Shown piece after piece: positions 20,852 through 33,249 of a stretch of DNA of 37,635 bases. The notes below the pieces were generated by a model that was not told where the DNA came from, made no database searches, and saw only the letters and a list, made by a program, of their open reading frames with translations. This DNA is from Nemertoderma westbladi (Eukaryota; Animalia; Xenacoelomorpha): positions 1-37,635 of the forward strand of contig JAUCBJ010008948.1 in the NCBI GenBank assembly GCA_032718475.1, read 5' to 3'. The translations under genes were made by a program, and so were the position numbers. The first letter of the stretch is position 1. The number at the start of each line of letters is the position of its first letter.

Positions 20852-21733
20852 TTAATCATCATCTTCATTCATGTCATCTTCATTGAATTGAAATTCGCTC
20901 AGTTCTATATTGTGCAGCACTGCAAAACGGATTATTATTTTGCTCACCTTGTGTAAGGAAGTGCAAGCCCTGTATTGTAAAATTGGAAATCTGCCTTTCA
21001 TCTGCCCAAACATATGTACAATCAAAACATGTTCTCTACAAAATATTTTATTATAGGTATTTCTGAGTAGGGGTCTCTGGTTGCTTATACACAGGGTCAT
21101 GAGGAATGGATAAATTCCTTAACCTTCATTGTCTAGCAAACAAACCGGATTAAATAAAGCACTTGGCTGCAATGGCTGGTTGTTCAGAAATTTAAACAAT
21201 TCTCAATTTTTCTACTGTCAGGAACCGATCCAGGCTAGCTTGCATCTATACTTGTGAACCATTCACTAGCATCACCCATTGCTTGTACATTAAATATAGC
21301 CTGACCTTTTCGGTTTATATGATCTTCGTCATGAACTCCCCTGGCATTAAAATCTTAACATGGATGTAATTGATTGCCCCAATGCAGCAGGGGAATTGGT
21401 ATTTCTCCTGCCATACTCTATGGTGGTACAAGGAAAATGCATCCAGTCATTTTGCTTTGCTAAGATCCAGAAACATAAGGCGTGTCATAGTTTTGCTAAC
21501 TGTATATTGGCACAGTCCGCATTCTTACACAACTCCACCTTGGAATTCTAGGTTGCTACAGACACTTTATTTGTTCTTGAGGTTGTAAAGCTTTACCTCT
21601 AGTCTCCAGTTTCTAATTACCATCCATTCAACGATTTCCCTTTGAGAACTATACAATTCTCGAAAATCACCTCCCTCTGTAATCCTCCATTCCTTGTGTG
21701 TTTAATTTTTCTTTGTGGTAACCATTCTGCCAT
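20852..21733 (-). pseudogene. PIF/Harbinger (HARBI1-like) DDE transposase pseudogene
   Basis: Minus-strand fragments INRKG..FNVQA and FGQMKGRFPIL..KVSKII..AVLHNI with an acidic tail; multiple frameshifts and stops. Confidence 0.85.
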
Positions 21734-22039
21734 TTTGTCAAAGAAATATAGCCTGAAAAGTTATACAATCTGATGATTAATATGGAATGTCAAAAGGAAT
21801 GGGGTCTAAGTCTACTACATGGCACATTAACAATTTACAAGTATTTACTTAAAATATAAAGCATCATGGGTAATTTTATTCATATGATTTCAAGTAAGTA
21901 CTTTGTACTTAACATCAAGTACTTGATTCTTAATAATAAGCATTTTTATTTCTCATTTTCTTATTCATACTACTAGGGACGGCCCTTGCAGCCCAATAAG
22001 GAACTAACCTATTATTTCAAATAGAAGTCAACTGGTAGT

Positions 22040-22440
22040 GGTTACGAATTTGAATCCCTGGTTACGAATCGTTGTTTCTGGTTACATATCTGAGAGTTCT
22101 GTAACAAATTGGAATACAAATCAGTTACAATAGTTTCAAATTGGAGCACCTGGTTACAAATATGAGTACTTGGTTACGAATCTGTTTTCGTGGTTACAAA
22201 TCAGTGTGTTTGGTTACAAATATGAGCACCTGGTCACAAACTGATGTCCATGGTTACAATCTGTAGTTACTGGCTACAAATCTGAGCATCCAGTTTCAAA
22301 TATGAGTTCAGGGTTACAAATGGAACTGCCCAATTACAAATCCATGCACACCCAGTCATAAATTTTAGCACACATGAGCAGATCAGTGTCCAGCTACGAA
22401 TTCGATAACTCAGTTGCAAATCTGAGTGGCAGTTAAATTT
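22040..22440. repeat. 20-bp-period array: conserved GGTTACAAAT plus a variable 10 bp
   Basis: Exact 20-bp phase at 22152, 22172 ... 22332 and at 22040, 22060, 22080; about 20 units. Confidence 0.9.
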
Positions 22441-22466
22441 TTAAAATTATATAAACCTCCATAAGA

Positions 22467-22516
22467 CAGGGCGCATCTCTGCCTTGCATCCTTAAGTGGT
22501 AGCTAAACGTATCTGA
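22467..22516 (+). mobile_element. SINE central-domain fragment abutting the LINE 5' end
   Basis: 22469-22491 is the exact reverse complement of 29312-29334 (23 nt); weaker similarity continues to ~22516. Confidence 0.75.
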
Positions 22517-23807
22517 CTATCGGGGGATCTGTCTGCTTGTGGTAGCTGCCAAAATATACAATAAAATGATTCTATATAGGATTAGGCCTCACATAGAGAA
22601 ACTACTGCGTAAGAGCTAAAACGGATTTCGACCAAGTAGATCAACAATAGCTCAGATACTTGCACTGCGGAGACTGATTGAAGGAATCAAGTCAAAGAAT
22701 CTCCCCGCAGTCATGACTTTTGTGGACTTCAATAAGGCATTCGACTCCATCCATAGAGGTAAAATGCTTGAAATCCTAAGTGCTTATGGAATACCAGAAG
22801 TAATCGTTGCTGGCATTGGATTGTTATATTGTGACACAGAAGCACAGGTACTCTCACCAGATGGTGAAACTGAGTTTTTCTCAATCCTGGCTGGCGTACT
22901 GCAAGGTGACACATTAGCACCATTACTATTTGTAATTGTACTGGATTACGCAATGAGGACGGCCACAAAGGGTGAAGATCTGGGATTCACACTTCAAGAA
23001 CGCAGAAGTAGTAGATATCCGGCAACTACAGTCACAGACACCGACTTTGCGGATGACATCACCCTGCTCTCTAATACGCTAGCAGATGCACAGCTTCTAC
23101 TAAATAACGTGGAGAGGGCTGCTAAGGAGGTTGGATTGCATATAAATGCTACCAAGACCGAATTCATGACTTTTAATGTTGATGGAAACTTGACAACCAT
23201 TGATAATAATCAACTAAAGCTAAGGAAGGTTGACGACTTCCAGTACCTAGGATCATGGATAGAGAGTAGCAAAAAGGACATAGAAGTTAGGAAAGCAAAG
23301 GCTTGGGTAGCTCTATCAAAAATGGATACCATCTGGAAATCAGATTTCCCCAGGCACCTGAAAACTAAGTTCTTTCGAGCCACAGTGGAAAGTGTATTTT
23401 TATACGGGGGTGAGATCTGGACACTGACTAAATCACTTGAACAACGAATTGATGGTTGCTACACAAGACTACTAAAGGCAGCCCTAAACATCAGCTGGAG
23501 ACAACACATGACAAATACCGAGCTTTATGTTACAATACCACCTGTATCAACCACCCTCCATGAACGCAGATTAAGATTCAGTGGGCACTGCTGGCGAAGT
23601 AAAGACGAGGTTATACCAGATCTACTTTTCTGGCAACCAACTCATGGAAAGCATAGTCGTGGATGACCAGCCATGACATATATAGATCAACTTGAAAGGG
23701 ATACTGAACTTGGGAGAAACGAAATTGCGACAACTATGGAGAATCGGGAAGCCTGGAAGGATCTCATTTCCACTGTCCGAGTTCGCTCGACTTAGTAGTA
23801 GTAGTAA
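22515..23807 (+). mobile_element. 5'-truncated RTE-clade LINE, RT pseudogene with (TAG)n tail
   Basis: DYRGICLL..NGFRPSRST..FVDFNKAFDSIHR..GVLQGDTLAP..FADDI..FQYLGS..RRLRFSGHCWR; in-frame stops at 22617 and 23664; natural stop at 23793-23795 followed by TAG repeats. Confidence 0.9.
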
Positions 23808-24102
23808 ATTAATAAATTATATAAATTTGATTAAAATTTATCATTATTACATGTATTATGTATATCATCGTTGAATACTACAAATGTAATGTAATATTGT
23901 TAATTGCTGTAATCGTCATCTTGTGCATCAATATTAATTTAGTTGTTTGTTCATTTTAATAAAAGTATAAATATAGTATATAGAATATCAAAATCTTAAG
24001 ATACAATATTGAATGATAATAATTCAACTAAATCAAATTCATTATGTATATCATTATGATATATTGTATTATATAATATAGGCCTACCAGTAAATATTAT
24101 AC

Positions 24103-24400
24103 TCACATCCCATGGTAGCAGATGAAAGTGTCGATCTTCGAGCGCTGTGATGTCCAATGTGTTGCATTGTCAAGCTGTGGAATAACACCCCCATCCTCCT
24201 GCAGCCCTCTTGACTTTATCAATTTGTGATTATGCAGAAAGTGCTTCTGTACCTCACAGATCAGTGCCATGATTACCCGAGGTACCCACCCATTCTGCAC
24301 TAGGTTGAGGTAGTGGCTGGAACAGCCATAGATGATAAGTGAGGGACACCACTCCAGAAGTAGCCCTTGTAACTTTAGCATAACTTTAACTGTAACATAA
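24103..24400 (-). pseudogene. hAT transposase fragment
   Basis: YGCSSHYLNL (CxxHxLNL), EVQKHFLHNH and GGVIPQL..THWTSQ (TRWxS motif). Confidence 0.75.
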
Positions 24401-24715
24401 ATCTTTAGCTCATTATCACTAACAAAGCCAATGACTAAGCATTTATACTCCTCCTCCGCCTTGAGGATGTGTCAATGTTTTTTGTGATGACTAGGTGGTT
24501 GTGGACATTTGACCTTCCATCCTGAGTCATGACAACTCGCTTGCCACACAGTTTTCCTCTGCATCATTGTATGCCTCATCAAGATTGCCTCAATTTATTT
24601 CTCAATTTGTGTAACCCATCCAAACGACCAAGGGTGTCTAGTTACGAAGAGGGCGCTGCTGGTTCGTTCTCAATTTCCACAGCGGGAAGACAACAACTTC
24701 CTGTCCCATCATTCC

Positions 24716-25310
24716 ATGCTCACAGTCACCCCCCTCCCTCCACTGGCGCATGTTAATAACGTAAATGGCAATCCGTCTGGCCAGTCTGACTACCTATCTA
24801 TGCTTCCCTCAATCATGGATGGTATATCTAGTATTAAGGAAACCTTAGACGTGTCTCTGGGTCGGATAGATGACAATAGGAGGAATTTTGAATTCTTACA
24901 CCATTGCCAAGTCAAAACTGAGCACAACCTGTCATGGAGAAACTTGATTATCAGAGGCCTACAAGAATCCCCAGGCGAGAATGTTGAAGCTGCTGCTACG
25001 AATTTCTTCTCTACGGTTCTCGGAATATGGGAGGACTTATTGATCGAACGCAGTTTCCGTATGGATAATTTCATGGCCAACCGTACTAGATCTATACTTG
25101 TCGAATTCCTGTGACTGTGGCACAGGGATATTGTCTGGAAATCCCACCACAAATGTCAAGGTCTGGTCACAGCTGTTACTGAAGATCTCCCATTCAAATT
25201 GCGATCCCACCAGGAATCATTATATCAGCTGTCCTGAGAAGCCTAAAGCATCGGTGCTACTGCAAGGGTCGCTGGTAACTCTGTAATTATCAACAGCAAT
25301 AGGTTTAGTG
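24716..25310 (+). pseudogene. LINE ORF1-like (coiled coil-RRM-CTD) remnant
   Basis: RNLIIRGLQESPGE..FFSTVL..IERSFRM..RSILVEF; continues past a stop and a frameshift as RDIVWK and VTEDLP. Confidence 0.7.
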
Positions 25311-27465
25311 GTTGGGATTTATACAATAGTCCTAATGTTCGTTTAACTGATATTATGCCATCTCTAAATTGCACTAATATTCCGTGTAGTGGCAGTAGTA
25401 ATAGCAGATTCGGTTGGTCTAATAGGCCTTCAGTACAGGTCCCTTACCAGTTTGGTGGACCAGGTGTGCTGTGCAGCCTCAGCCATTTACCACGGCTGCT
25501 AGCATTAGGCTAATTGGGCATAGTAGCATTAATAATAATAATTTTTCATTTCATTTATTAAATCTTATTTATATAGATATATATATCTGTGTAATGGTGA
25601 TTGTGATGTGCTTACTGGTCTTTGTTTTATCCGATATTTTAACTAATTTTAAAGAATATAAATGCTGGCATGACTGGTGTAAACGTTGAAATGAAATGAA
25701 TGTTGCCTCAGATGGTAGGGCCTCATATCTGTTGCTCAGCACAAGTGTGAGCTGCATCTCACACTGGTCCTGGACCAATCATGCCATGGTAAAGTATATT
25801 TCTTTGTAATGTTACCATAGAGACTAAGTTCTATCTTAGCCTGTTTGCCAAGACCCAGCACCACCCTGCAGAGATGCCGCCTGAGCTTGCTGGATATTGT
25901 TTTCGCCATCAGGATCAACCTGTACTGTAGACAACCTTATGCCGCGAGTGGTGGGAGTCAAAGTACCATCAAAGCACCACAATTATACCATACATGATTA
26001 CCTGTGATTGATTCAATATTTTTTGTGTTTTTATCAGTTTTTTTGTTAGGTCATTAATTTCAGCCTTTGGAAATATAGTAGGGATTGGGTGTATAAACAG
26101 GATAGGATTGAAACTGGGTGTCACCCAGATCACAAGCATATCTCCTTGAATAGTGGCACTTAGTCTACAAGTCGCTCAATTACTCCACTATTGGGTAATA
26201 AGCCACACCCAAGATCAACTCTACTACAGGACTGGCACACTTGAAATTCAGACTCTGCTTAATAAGTAAGGTTTTTATAACAGTACCCCTCCCTACCTGT
26301 AACAATACTTAGGTAGGTACTTGAAACAATATATGCAATACCATGCAGTAGTGCAGAGTGTAGTAACAGTATATAGTTATGCCTATTCGGCAAAATGGTA
26401 AATATTATGTTGTGATTGACTTCACCTTTAGTAATTTATCACATTTATATATTTAATCACATCCATAACTATGAATTGCACCAGTACATGAGTTTAAATC
26501 AAAGATTATATTTTCAACAACAAAAATTGTAAAGGTAAATTACATTAAGGATTAACTTGAAAACACCAAAATAAAAATTCACATCAATGATATTTTCACA
26601 GAAAGTACAGTATAATGGGATCATCCAAATTCAGAATCACCACCGTAGAATTTACCGCAATTCATTAATATTACTGTACTATTATTTAAGAATTACCATA
26701 CCAGTATGGCTTCTATAGTCAATCCAAAACCACACCATACCTCGAAAATTACCAATTTATTAGGTTTAAATTAAAAGGTTAACAAGTTTTGACAATTTAT
26801 AGGAATTTAATCCAGAAAGTTACCATAATGGTTAATACAATCAACTAAATCTACAGAACTGTACAAAGGAAATAAATAGAGATGACTGATTGTACATTGA
26901 ACTGAACGATTGCACTGAAAATACCTATTTTTTTTAAATCATCATATGGTCGATTAAAATATTCGAGTAGGATTTTTATCTCGTACTTTTCTAAGATTAT
27001 TGCGCACACTACTTACTACTCTTCATTTGATACCAAAAACTGACAAATTGGTTTAAATATGACTGATGAGTTGTGATTTAAAAATGGTTAAAGTTTGAAC
27101 CTTCCTGCCCAAAAATTATGTTAATATGTAGAAATGTCTGCCAATATATATCTATAAAACAGTACAAAACCTTGCTAAGAATTTTGCGGAGGGGGGTTCC
27201 CTGATAGCTGAGTTCATTACTGAAGTCTGTTTTCACTTTTAATGAAATCTAGTTAGGCTATATGTCTGTCAGTGTATCTGACTATCCGACAACCTGTCCA
27301 TCTAATAAAAAAAATGGCACACCGACACCATATACTGTAGCTAAAAGTTAAGCTAATAGGGAATTCCTGGTCGCAGGCAGAAACAACGAGACTAAATTTA
27401 AAATTGACATCAGAGATGCCTGTTTTTAAGAGATACCTGTCGAATTGTTAAGCCAACAAGGCCTA

Positions 27466-28695
27466 CTATTTATATTTTCGTTTAAATATGTTAACATTAA
27501 CAGCCATACGGAAACTTTCAACAAATAGATACATGAGATAGAAGTTTAGACTGAAGACAATCATAAATATATTAGATATTAGAGTTGATAAATTATTAAT
27601 AACTAATACCTTTTCATAAAACGTACGTTCGTCTAATGTAGATAAAGGATCCATACTTCCTGCTATATAGTCCAGGTATCTTTTTACAATATGCCAGATT
27701 ATACGGGCACAATCTTTTGCGCACATTAGTGTTCCAGTAATTAGCATCATATTTACAGCGGCAGACATTTTATGATTGCTTGGCGAATTTGGATTAGCCC
27801 TCATTAGTTTTCTTAACTTATAAATCATAAGACCGTTTATAGAAAAGACACCTACAATTTGAATGGTTTTTCTTATGGGAAAGAAATACTCCAGAAACTT
27901 ATTTGCTCTAATGAAGTGGACATTATATGAACTGAAATAGTAAAGTAAAGCCCAATATTGCTTTTCACCATTTACATATCGAATTTCCCCTTTATACATA
28001 AATACATAGGGCCAGTACAGACATGCTGTGTATATAAATATAACTACTATAATCCCATATATCATGTTATTATTCTTTAATTTTGTATCCTTATACCATA
28101 CCGGAAAATAAAGGGCTGCAATACGTTCTGCACCCATAATTAAGGTGAGTGTAGAATCTCCAAATTGTACACACCATGCAAATATAGGCCAATAACACTG
28201 GCATATCCAGCAGACAACGTTATAACAATGAAATTTCCAAATTACATTGTTGTTGATAATTACTGCAACATTATCGAAGTAGAACCACCCAGCATTTTGA
28301 CCTTGCTTTAATATTTGGCCAAACGAGATTAGAATATCGAAAACAGACTTTAACATCAACGTTCTATAAAACAGAGTATTGAATGATTTTTCCTTCACAA
28401 TTGTTACAATAATTAATATATTCCCAATCAGACCTAATGTATTATATGTTGATATATAGGGTGTGAGAATAAAATTTCTAACAAATTTCGTAGCATTGTA
28501 ATAAATCTCATATCCCTTTAGCATCTCATTGTAATCAAATTGGAGAATAGTTTGATAATATTTGTGGTACCGATTTGATTTGGTTGTGTTCACATTAACT
28601 GTTTGGTTGATACCATCATCGGTAGTAGCAGAAACAAAGATAAAAATACAACAAAAATACAATAACAATTGAATGTGAAAGTTTGTTGCAAACAT
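27466..28695 (-). CDS. Intronless class-A (rhodopsin-like) GPCR, divergent peptide-receptor/chemoreceptor-like, 409 aa
   Basis: Predicted signal peptide and N-glycosylation sequons (NQT, NTT, NAT); TM1 GLIGNILII; TM2 SVFDIL; TM3 end AERIAALYFP; TM7 SLNFYLMY and helix-8 SFR; seven hydrophobic segments; ATG to stop intact. Confidence 0.88.
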   Translation of the reverse strand: MFATNFHIQLLLYFCCIFIFVSATTDDGINQTVNVNTTKSNRYHKYYQTILQFDYNEMLKGYEIYYNATKFVRNFILTPYISTYNTLGLIGNILIIVTIVKEKSFNTLFYRTLMLKSVFDILISFGQILKQGQNAGWFYFDNVAVIINNNVIWKFHCYNVVCWICQCYWPIFAWCVQFGDSTLTLIMGAERIAALYFPVWYKDTKLKNNNMIYGIIVVIFIYTACLYWPYVFMYKGEIRYVNGEKQYWALLYYFSSYNVHFIRANKFLEYFFPIRKTIQIVGVFSINGLMIYKLRKLMRANPNSPSNHKMSAAVNMMLITGTLMCAKDCARIIWHIVKRYLDYIAGSMDPLSTLDERTFYEKVLVINNLSTLISNIFMIVFSLNFYLMYLFVESFRMAVNVNIFKRKYK

Positions 28696-29139
28696 TTTTT
28701 AGTATGTCCAAATCACAAGAATAAGATAATGAGGCTAAAATAAAAGAATTTATACATTTAATGAACATCCACAGTACAGTATATGGTTATTCATTACCCA
28801 CTCACATCGGCATAGAATAACCACATCAAATTGCAATCACCAGAGCGTACTATGCAAATTTCAAGTAAAAAATATCAACATGGATTCGGAGATGAAATAT
28901 CTTATATATAATAATATAAACTAGAAGCTCTCTAATGTTTCTTTTGTACTGGTTATTTTACAAGATATATATTAGGATTTATTTTTATGAGATATTTTTA
29001 CTAGATTTTAAAATACACTCTCTGACTGCATAAGTGTAATGTCAGAAAGTAGGCCTTCCGGTACCTATAGCTGTATACCTATAGCTGTATATTTCAAAAG
29101 TCAGATAGTACTGTATATTGATAGGCTATACTAAAAAGT

Positions 29140-29452
29140 AAATTTTCTTTGGCCAATAGGCCAGGGATTACGCACCAAGTCTTAATTTTCTTCAGCTGTT
29201 AGGCCAGGGATCACGCACAAAGTCTGTGACGACTTATTGCCAGTGCAGTCTCCCCAGAACTATACTCCCCAGAGGAAACTTCAGTACTCATTTAATTACC
29301 ACTTTAATTATGGATGCAAGGCAGAGATGCGCCCCTGGCTGGTCCCTTCATAGCATTCGTGCTGAACGAAAACTGCCATGGCCAATGTGGGGATTGAACC
29401 CATGACATACGAGAGGTGTGAATTCAATGCAACTACTACACCAAGGAGGAAC
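29140..29452 (-). mobile_element. tRNA-derived SINE (central domain resembles Meta-type), duplicated 3' tail
   Basis: Pol III A box TGGTGTAGTAG (29433-29443) and B box GGTTCAATCCC (29390-29400); core CTCTGCCTTGCATCC..GGTAATTAAATGAGTAC; a ~43-bp tail unit occurs twice. Confidence 0.75.
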
Positions 29453-30239
29453 CTGGTGTGTACCGGCAGTCTGGCACAGCACCCGTCACTCGCGCCAGTC
29501 TGCCAGAGCCAGATCGTAAATAAAGCAGGCAAAGGTGGGCTTAGTTCTGTAGTTGCAGTTGTACGGAATTACCTTGTTATGTACCACCTACTGCATACCG
29601 GTACTATTAACAGCAACCAGTACTTAGGCCTATGGTTGTTCTGCAGGTATTCCTTTCAGTTCAGTTAGAAAGTCCAGGTAGGATAACGTCTGACCATACC
29701 GTATGGCTGTTCGGCCTCTAGGGCAGTAGGGAGTAGGGCATGCCTGTGCCATGCCCTAGGGTAGAGCTGTAGAGTAGACCATATTACCTAAACCAGTACA
29801 TAGTTTGGATGTTGTTGTATCCTTGAAGTTGGTCGTCACTCTGTCCAGCTGCCAGTCACTACGCTACCCAACTACCAATAGACCAGGTGCTTCCGTCTGC
29901 CTGCCTATGCTTGTCCTCTTACTTAATTCCATTACATACAGCCATATGGTCAGTGTTGTAGTCAGATTGTATACAAGAATACCACCAACGACGAGCCTGT
30001 CAGCTTCCCTTCAGTTCAGACCCTATAACCATAGCATCAGGCTGTCAGGTGCCACTACCCACACTACCCACCTAGGTTTCCACACCCTTCTACGGCACCG
30101 GATGTGTGTGGGGTGGAGGATCGAGTTTGCCGGGAGGATGAGCATCCGCATTTGTACGACGATGTGAGTATCGTTGAGTCGGACATTGTCACGCTCTCAG
30201 TAAAGTTGTACATGTACATAGTGTAATTACGTTTTATAT

Positions 30240-30415
30240 TGGTTTTAGGTTAGCGTAGTGTAATATTGTATTTGTAACCAAGTAACATAAAGGACCCCCT
30301 TGGAAATAAGCTGCAAAGCTTTAGGGGTAATCCTATATGTTATGTTGGACAATACCTTTATACCGGTATATTGTTTGGTGTATGTGATATTGTTTTTACA
30401 TAATGTATAAATATC
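30240..30415 (+). mobile_element. Possible CR1/L2-type LINE 3' UTR remnant
   Basis: Stem-loop AAGGACCCCCTTGGAAATAAGC..GCTTTAGGGGTAATCCT in a TG-rich context, resembling invertebrate CR1-group tails; no ORF support. Confidence 0.3.
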
Positions 30416-30418
30416 CCG

Positions 30419-31127
30419 GTGGAAGTTCAGTTGATGGTTTTATTGCGATATTTGGCATCCAATGACTATCAAATGGGTGTGGCTGATGACTTTGGCATCA
30501 ATCAGTCCAATGTTTCGCGAATTTTGGATAGTTTCCTGAATGCTTTGGTTCCAAAAGTTCATGATTTTATTAAATTTAAACCACATCCGATCAGCAGCAC
30601 CAAAATATGCAAGGAATTTATTAAGTTTTTAATTGGCTGTTGTTGTAATCGGCTGCATTGATTGTGCAAGTCTGAACGAAAATGATTACATTATTCGAAA
30701 GCATCAACGTACTTTAAATATACTAGCAGTGTGTGATTTTCGAGGGAAATTTATGAATGTTGTTGCTAAATGGCCTGGTTCCACCCATGATTCATTCATT
30801 TTGAAAAACAGTGAACTGTGGGAAGCTTTCGAATCTCAATGATTGTCTGGTGTACATATTTTGGATGACTCTGGCTATGCTTTACGTCCTTGGCTCCTCA
30901 CTCCATTTTTGAGTCCACAAACTGAATTTCAAGTGCACTACAATTCAGCTCACCGGAAAACTCGTGTTCTAATCGAGCAAGTTTTTGGTTGCTTGAAACG
31001 TCGTTTCAACATTTTGCATGATGAAACTCGTCTTTCACTTGATAAGGTTGCAAAAGTAGTTGTTGCTTGCTTTATTTTGCACAACATTGCTGTCAAAAGG
31101 GGTTTGTCCAAAATCGACAGAAATTAA
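30419..31127 (+). pseudogene. PIF/Harbinger (HARBI1-like) transposase pseudogene, 5'-truncated
   Basis: QLMVLLRYLAS..VADDFGINQSNVSR, VIGCIDC, KWPGSTHDSFI, DSGYALRPWLLTP, YNSAHRKTRVLIEQVFGCLKRRF and CFILHNIA; frameshift ~30640 and stop at 30840-30842. Confidence 0.92.
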
Positions 31128-32290
31128 GACAATAATATTTGGAATATTCCAACTGTGTCATACACAGGAAATTTAAATATCGCAGTCACATTGTCAATTG
31201 TGTATTTTGAAATTATTTCCGGCCTTTTATATAATTTTATTTTTACTCAAATAAATGCTGGCTCGACTGGTCTGCGTTCTTGTGCGCTGTAATAAATTAA
31301 CATATCATTGTTCATTCCCTCAGATGGTATTACGATAGTAGAGGAATACATCCGTACACCCCCCTTCTAAGTTCTCTCTCTATTATAAGGTTAGTGTAAT
31401 AGGCAGTGTTAGTGGTCAAAATCGTTTCAAATACTTGGAGTTAAGTGTACTTTAAAAATTAATGGAAAATAACAATTTATAGTGGCCTTGTTTTCTAACC
31501 CACCCATTAAACGAAAGTCAATTTCATAAGTACGTATTTACAGGACATTTACCCGGACAATTCCTACCCAGACAATTGCGACCTGGACAAATCCGACCTG
31601 GAAAATTCCGACCCGGACAATTCCAACCCATTCAAAGATCTAATGAATTTTTATGGGTCGGAATTATCCTAGATCGGAATTTTCTGAGTCGGAATTGTCC
31701 AGATCCAAATAAATAAAAATAATTAATAGAAATTACCGGTAATCAATAACAAAAATCTGTGTTCTAGAACACTAATATTTTTCATTAATTGATAGCTAGT
31801 ATTATAACACTTTCAAAAAAATAGCAAAAACTAGCTAGGATTATACACATTTGGTGGGGGTGTGCCCAAGACACACTAGTACCGAATCAAGGTGTACTAA
31901 ATAACAGGTCATGCAGCGAGATGGGTATTGAAATTAGCGGGGGCCTAACTAAGCAATAGCGTAACTACTGTATAGTACTCGTTTCTACTGTATAATACAA
32001 TTCCAGAATTCCATAGAGTTGATTAGTAAATGCGACACCCGTGTTTTATAAATGTTGGTTGTGTGACTAGCTATTTGCTAGAGTAGGCTACTCTACATAT
32101 AAATACTAGAAATATTGGATGCAACGTAATGTTGTTATTGTACGATAATTAAGTAAAATATTTGTCAAAACACAAAGAGGAACACCTTAAATACATTGTA
32201 CTGTACAAGCCTAATACATATATCAGAAGCCCGCCTATTGTTACTAGGACCACACTCGGGTCCTCAGCGTCACACTATTCGTGAAGAAAG

Positions 32291-32863
32291 ATAGGGAGAA
32301 AGTGTAGTGTTGCTGGTTGTCGTACGGGGTACAAACCCACTGAAGATAATCCTGGTCCCGGTCCTAATCCCAAGGTAACAATACACAGATTTCCCACGGA
32401 CCCAACCGAACTTCAGAAGTGGCTACATCGGCTACCGAATTTTATAGACCCTGATGCAGTCACCGGAAATATGGGAGTGTGTGGATTGCACTGGCCTGGT
32501 GGTTGTGCCATGAGGACAGCACCCGGCGGTGCTTTATCACCAGTGAATGCACCAAGCATCTTCATAACGAAACTGAACCGTGGCGGTTTGGTTTATCCGG
32601 ATGATGAGTTGGTTTCTTTTTGCTTTCTAGTATTCAACTTCTTTCGACAATCACCAACACAGTTCTGCCGTACGAGTTTCGTGCAAGCTCTGAAGAATAT
32701 TGCCGAGATATATTTCACTGATGGAATGTTTACTTTTCCGTTGTTCAGGAAACTCTCAAACGTGTTGTTTCATAATTTCTGCCACAATACGGTGGGCGCT
32801 GATGTGACACCGAAGCGGTGCAGGAACGACAAAGACCAGTCCAAAGTTCGAAAACTCCGATAA
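32291..32863 (+). pseudogene. THAP domain fused in frame to the P-transposase C-terminus (start codon reads ATA)
   Basis: (ATA)GRKCSVAGC..HRFPTD..KWL..VCGLHW..NAPSIF (C2CH THAP) runs directly into ITKLNRGGLVYP..SNVLFHNFC..KVRKLR; catalytic core absent. Confidence 0.85.
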
Positions 32864-33249
32864 TTGTCATTAAACTGTATTTTGTACTACAACGTTTGTG
32901 AATTATAATGATAAAACAGTGCAATAAATTTAACACTCAGATAAAAAATATATTGAAATGATCCGAAACATAACCAGTTTAACATCATATCTATTCTAAC
33001 TGACATTCTGAAAGATTGCGTGTGGCACATTTGTTAAATTGTAAAAGCACTGCAAACAATAGCAATACTCTAATGATTGAAAGTCCATCAAATGACAAAA
33101 CGTAAAATTTATAAGTATTTTTCAGTCCCATAGTGAAATAAAGTACCGGGAAAATAACGTAAAGTAACAAATTGGAAACATTAATAAAGCAACTATAGAA
33201 AAAGTGTGTTCGTTTGCAATGTATAATGATACCATATAATGTTACGTTT

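Noticed and set aside
22040-22440. CRISPR-like repeat/spacer appearance
   Set aside because: Repeat and spacer are only 10 bp each, spacers are related to one another, there are no cas genes and the context is eukaryotic.
25690-25960. Minus-strand LSNRYEAL motif suggesting a CR1/L2 ORF1 fragment
   Set aside because: Single short motif in degenerate sequence; too little to call.
27063-27070. CTGATGAG hammerhead core
   Set aside because: No stem II followed by GAAA downstream.
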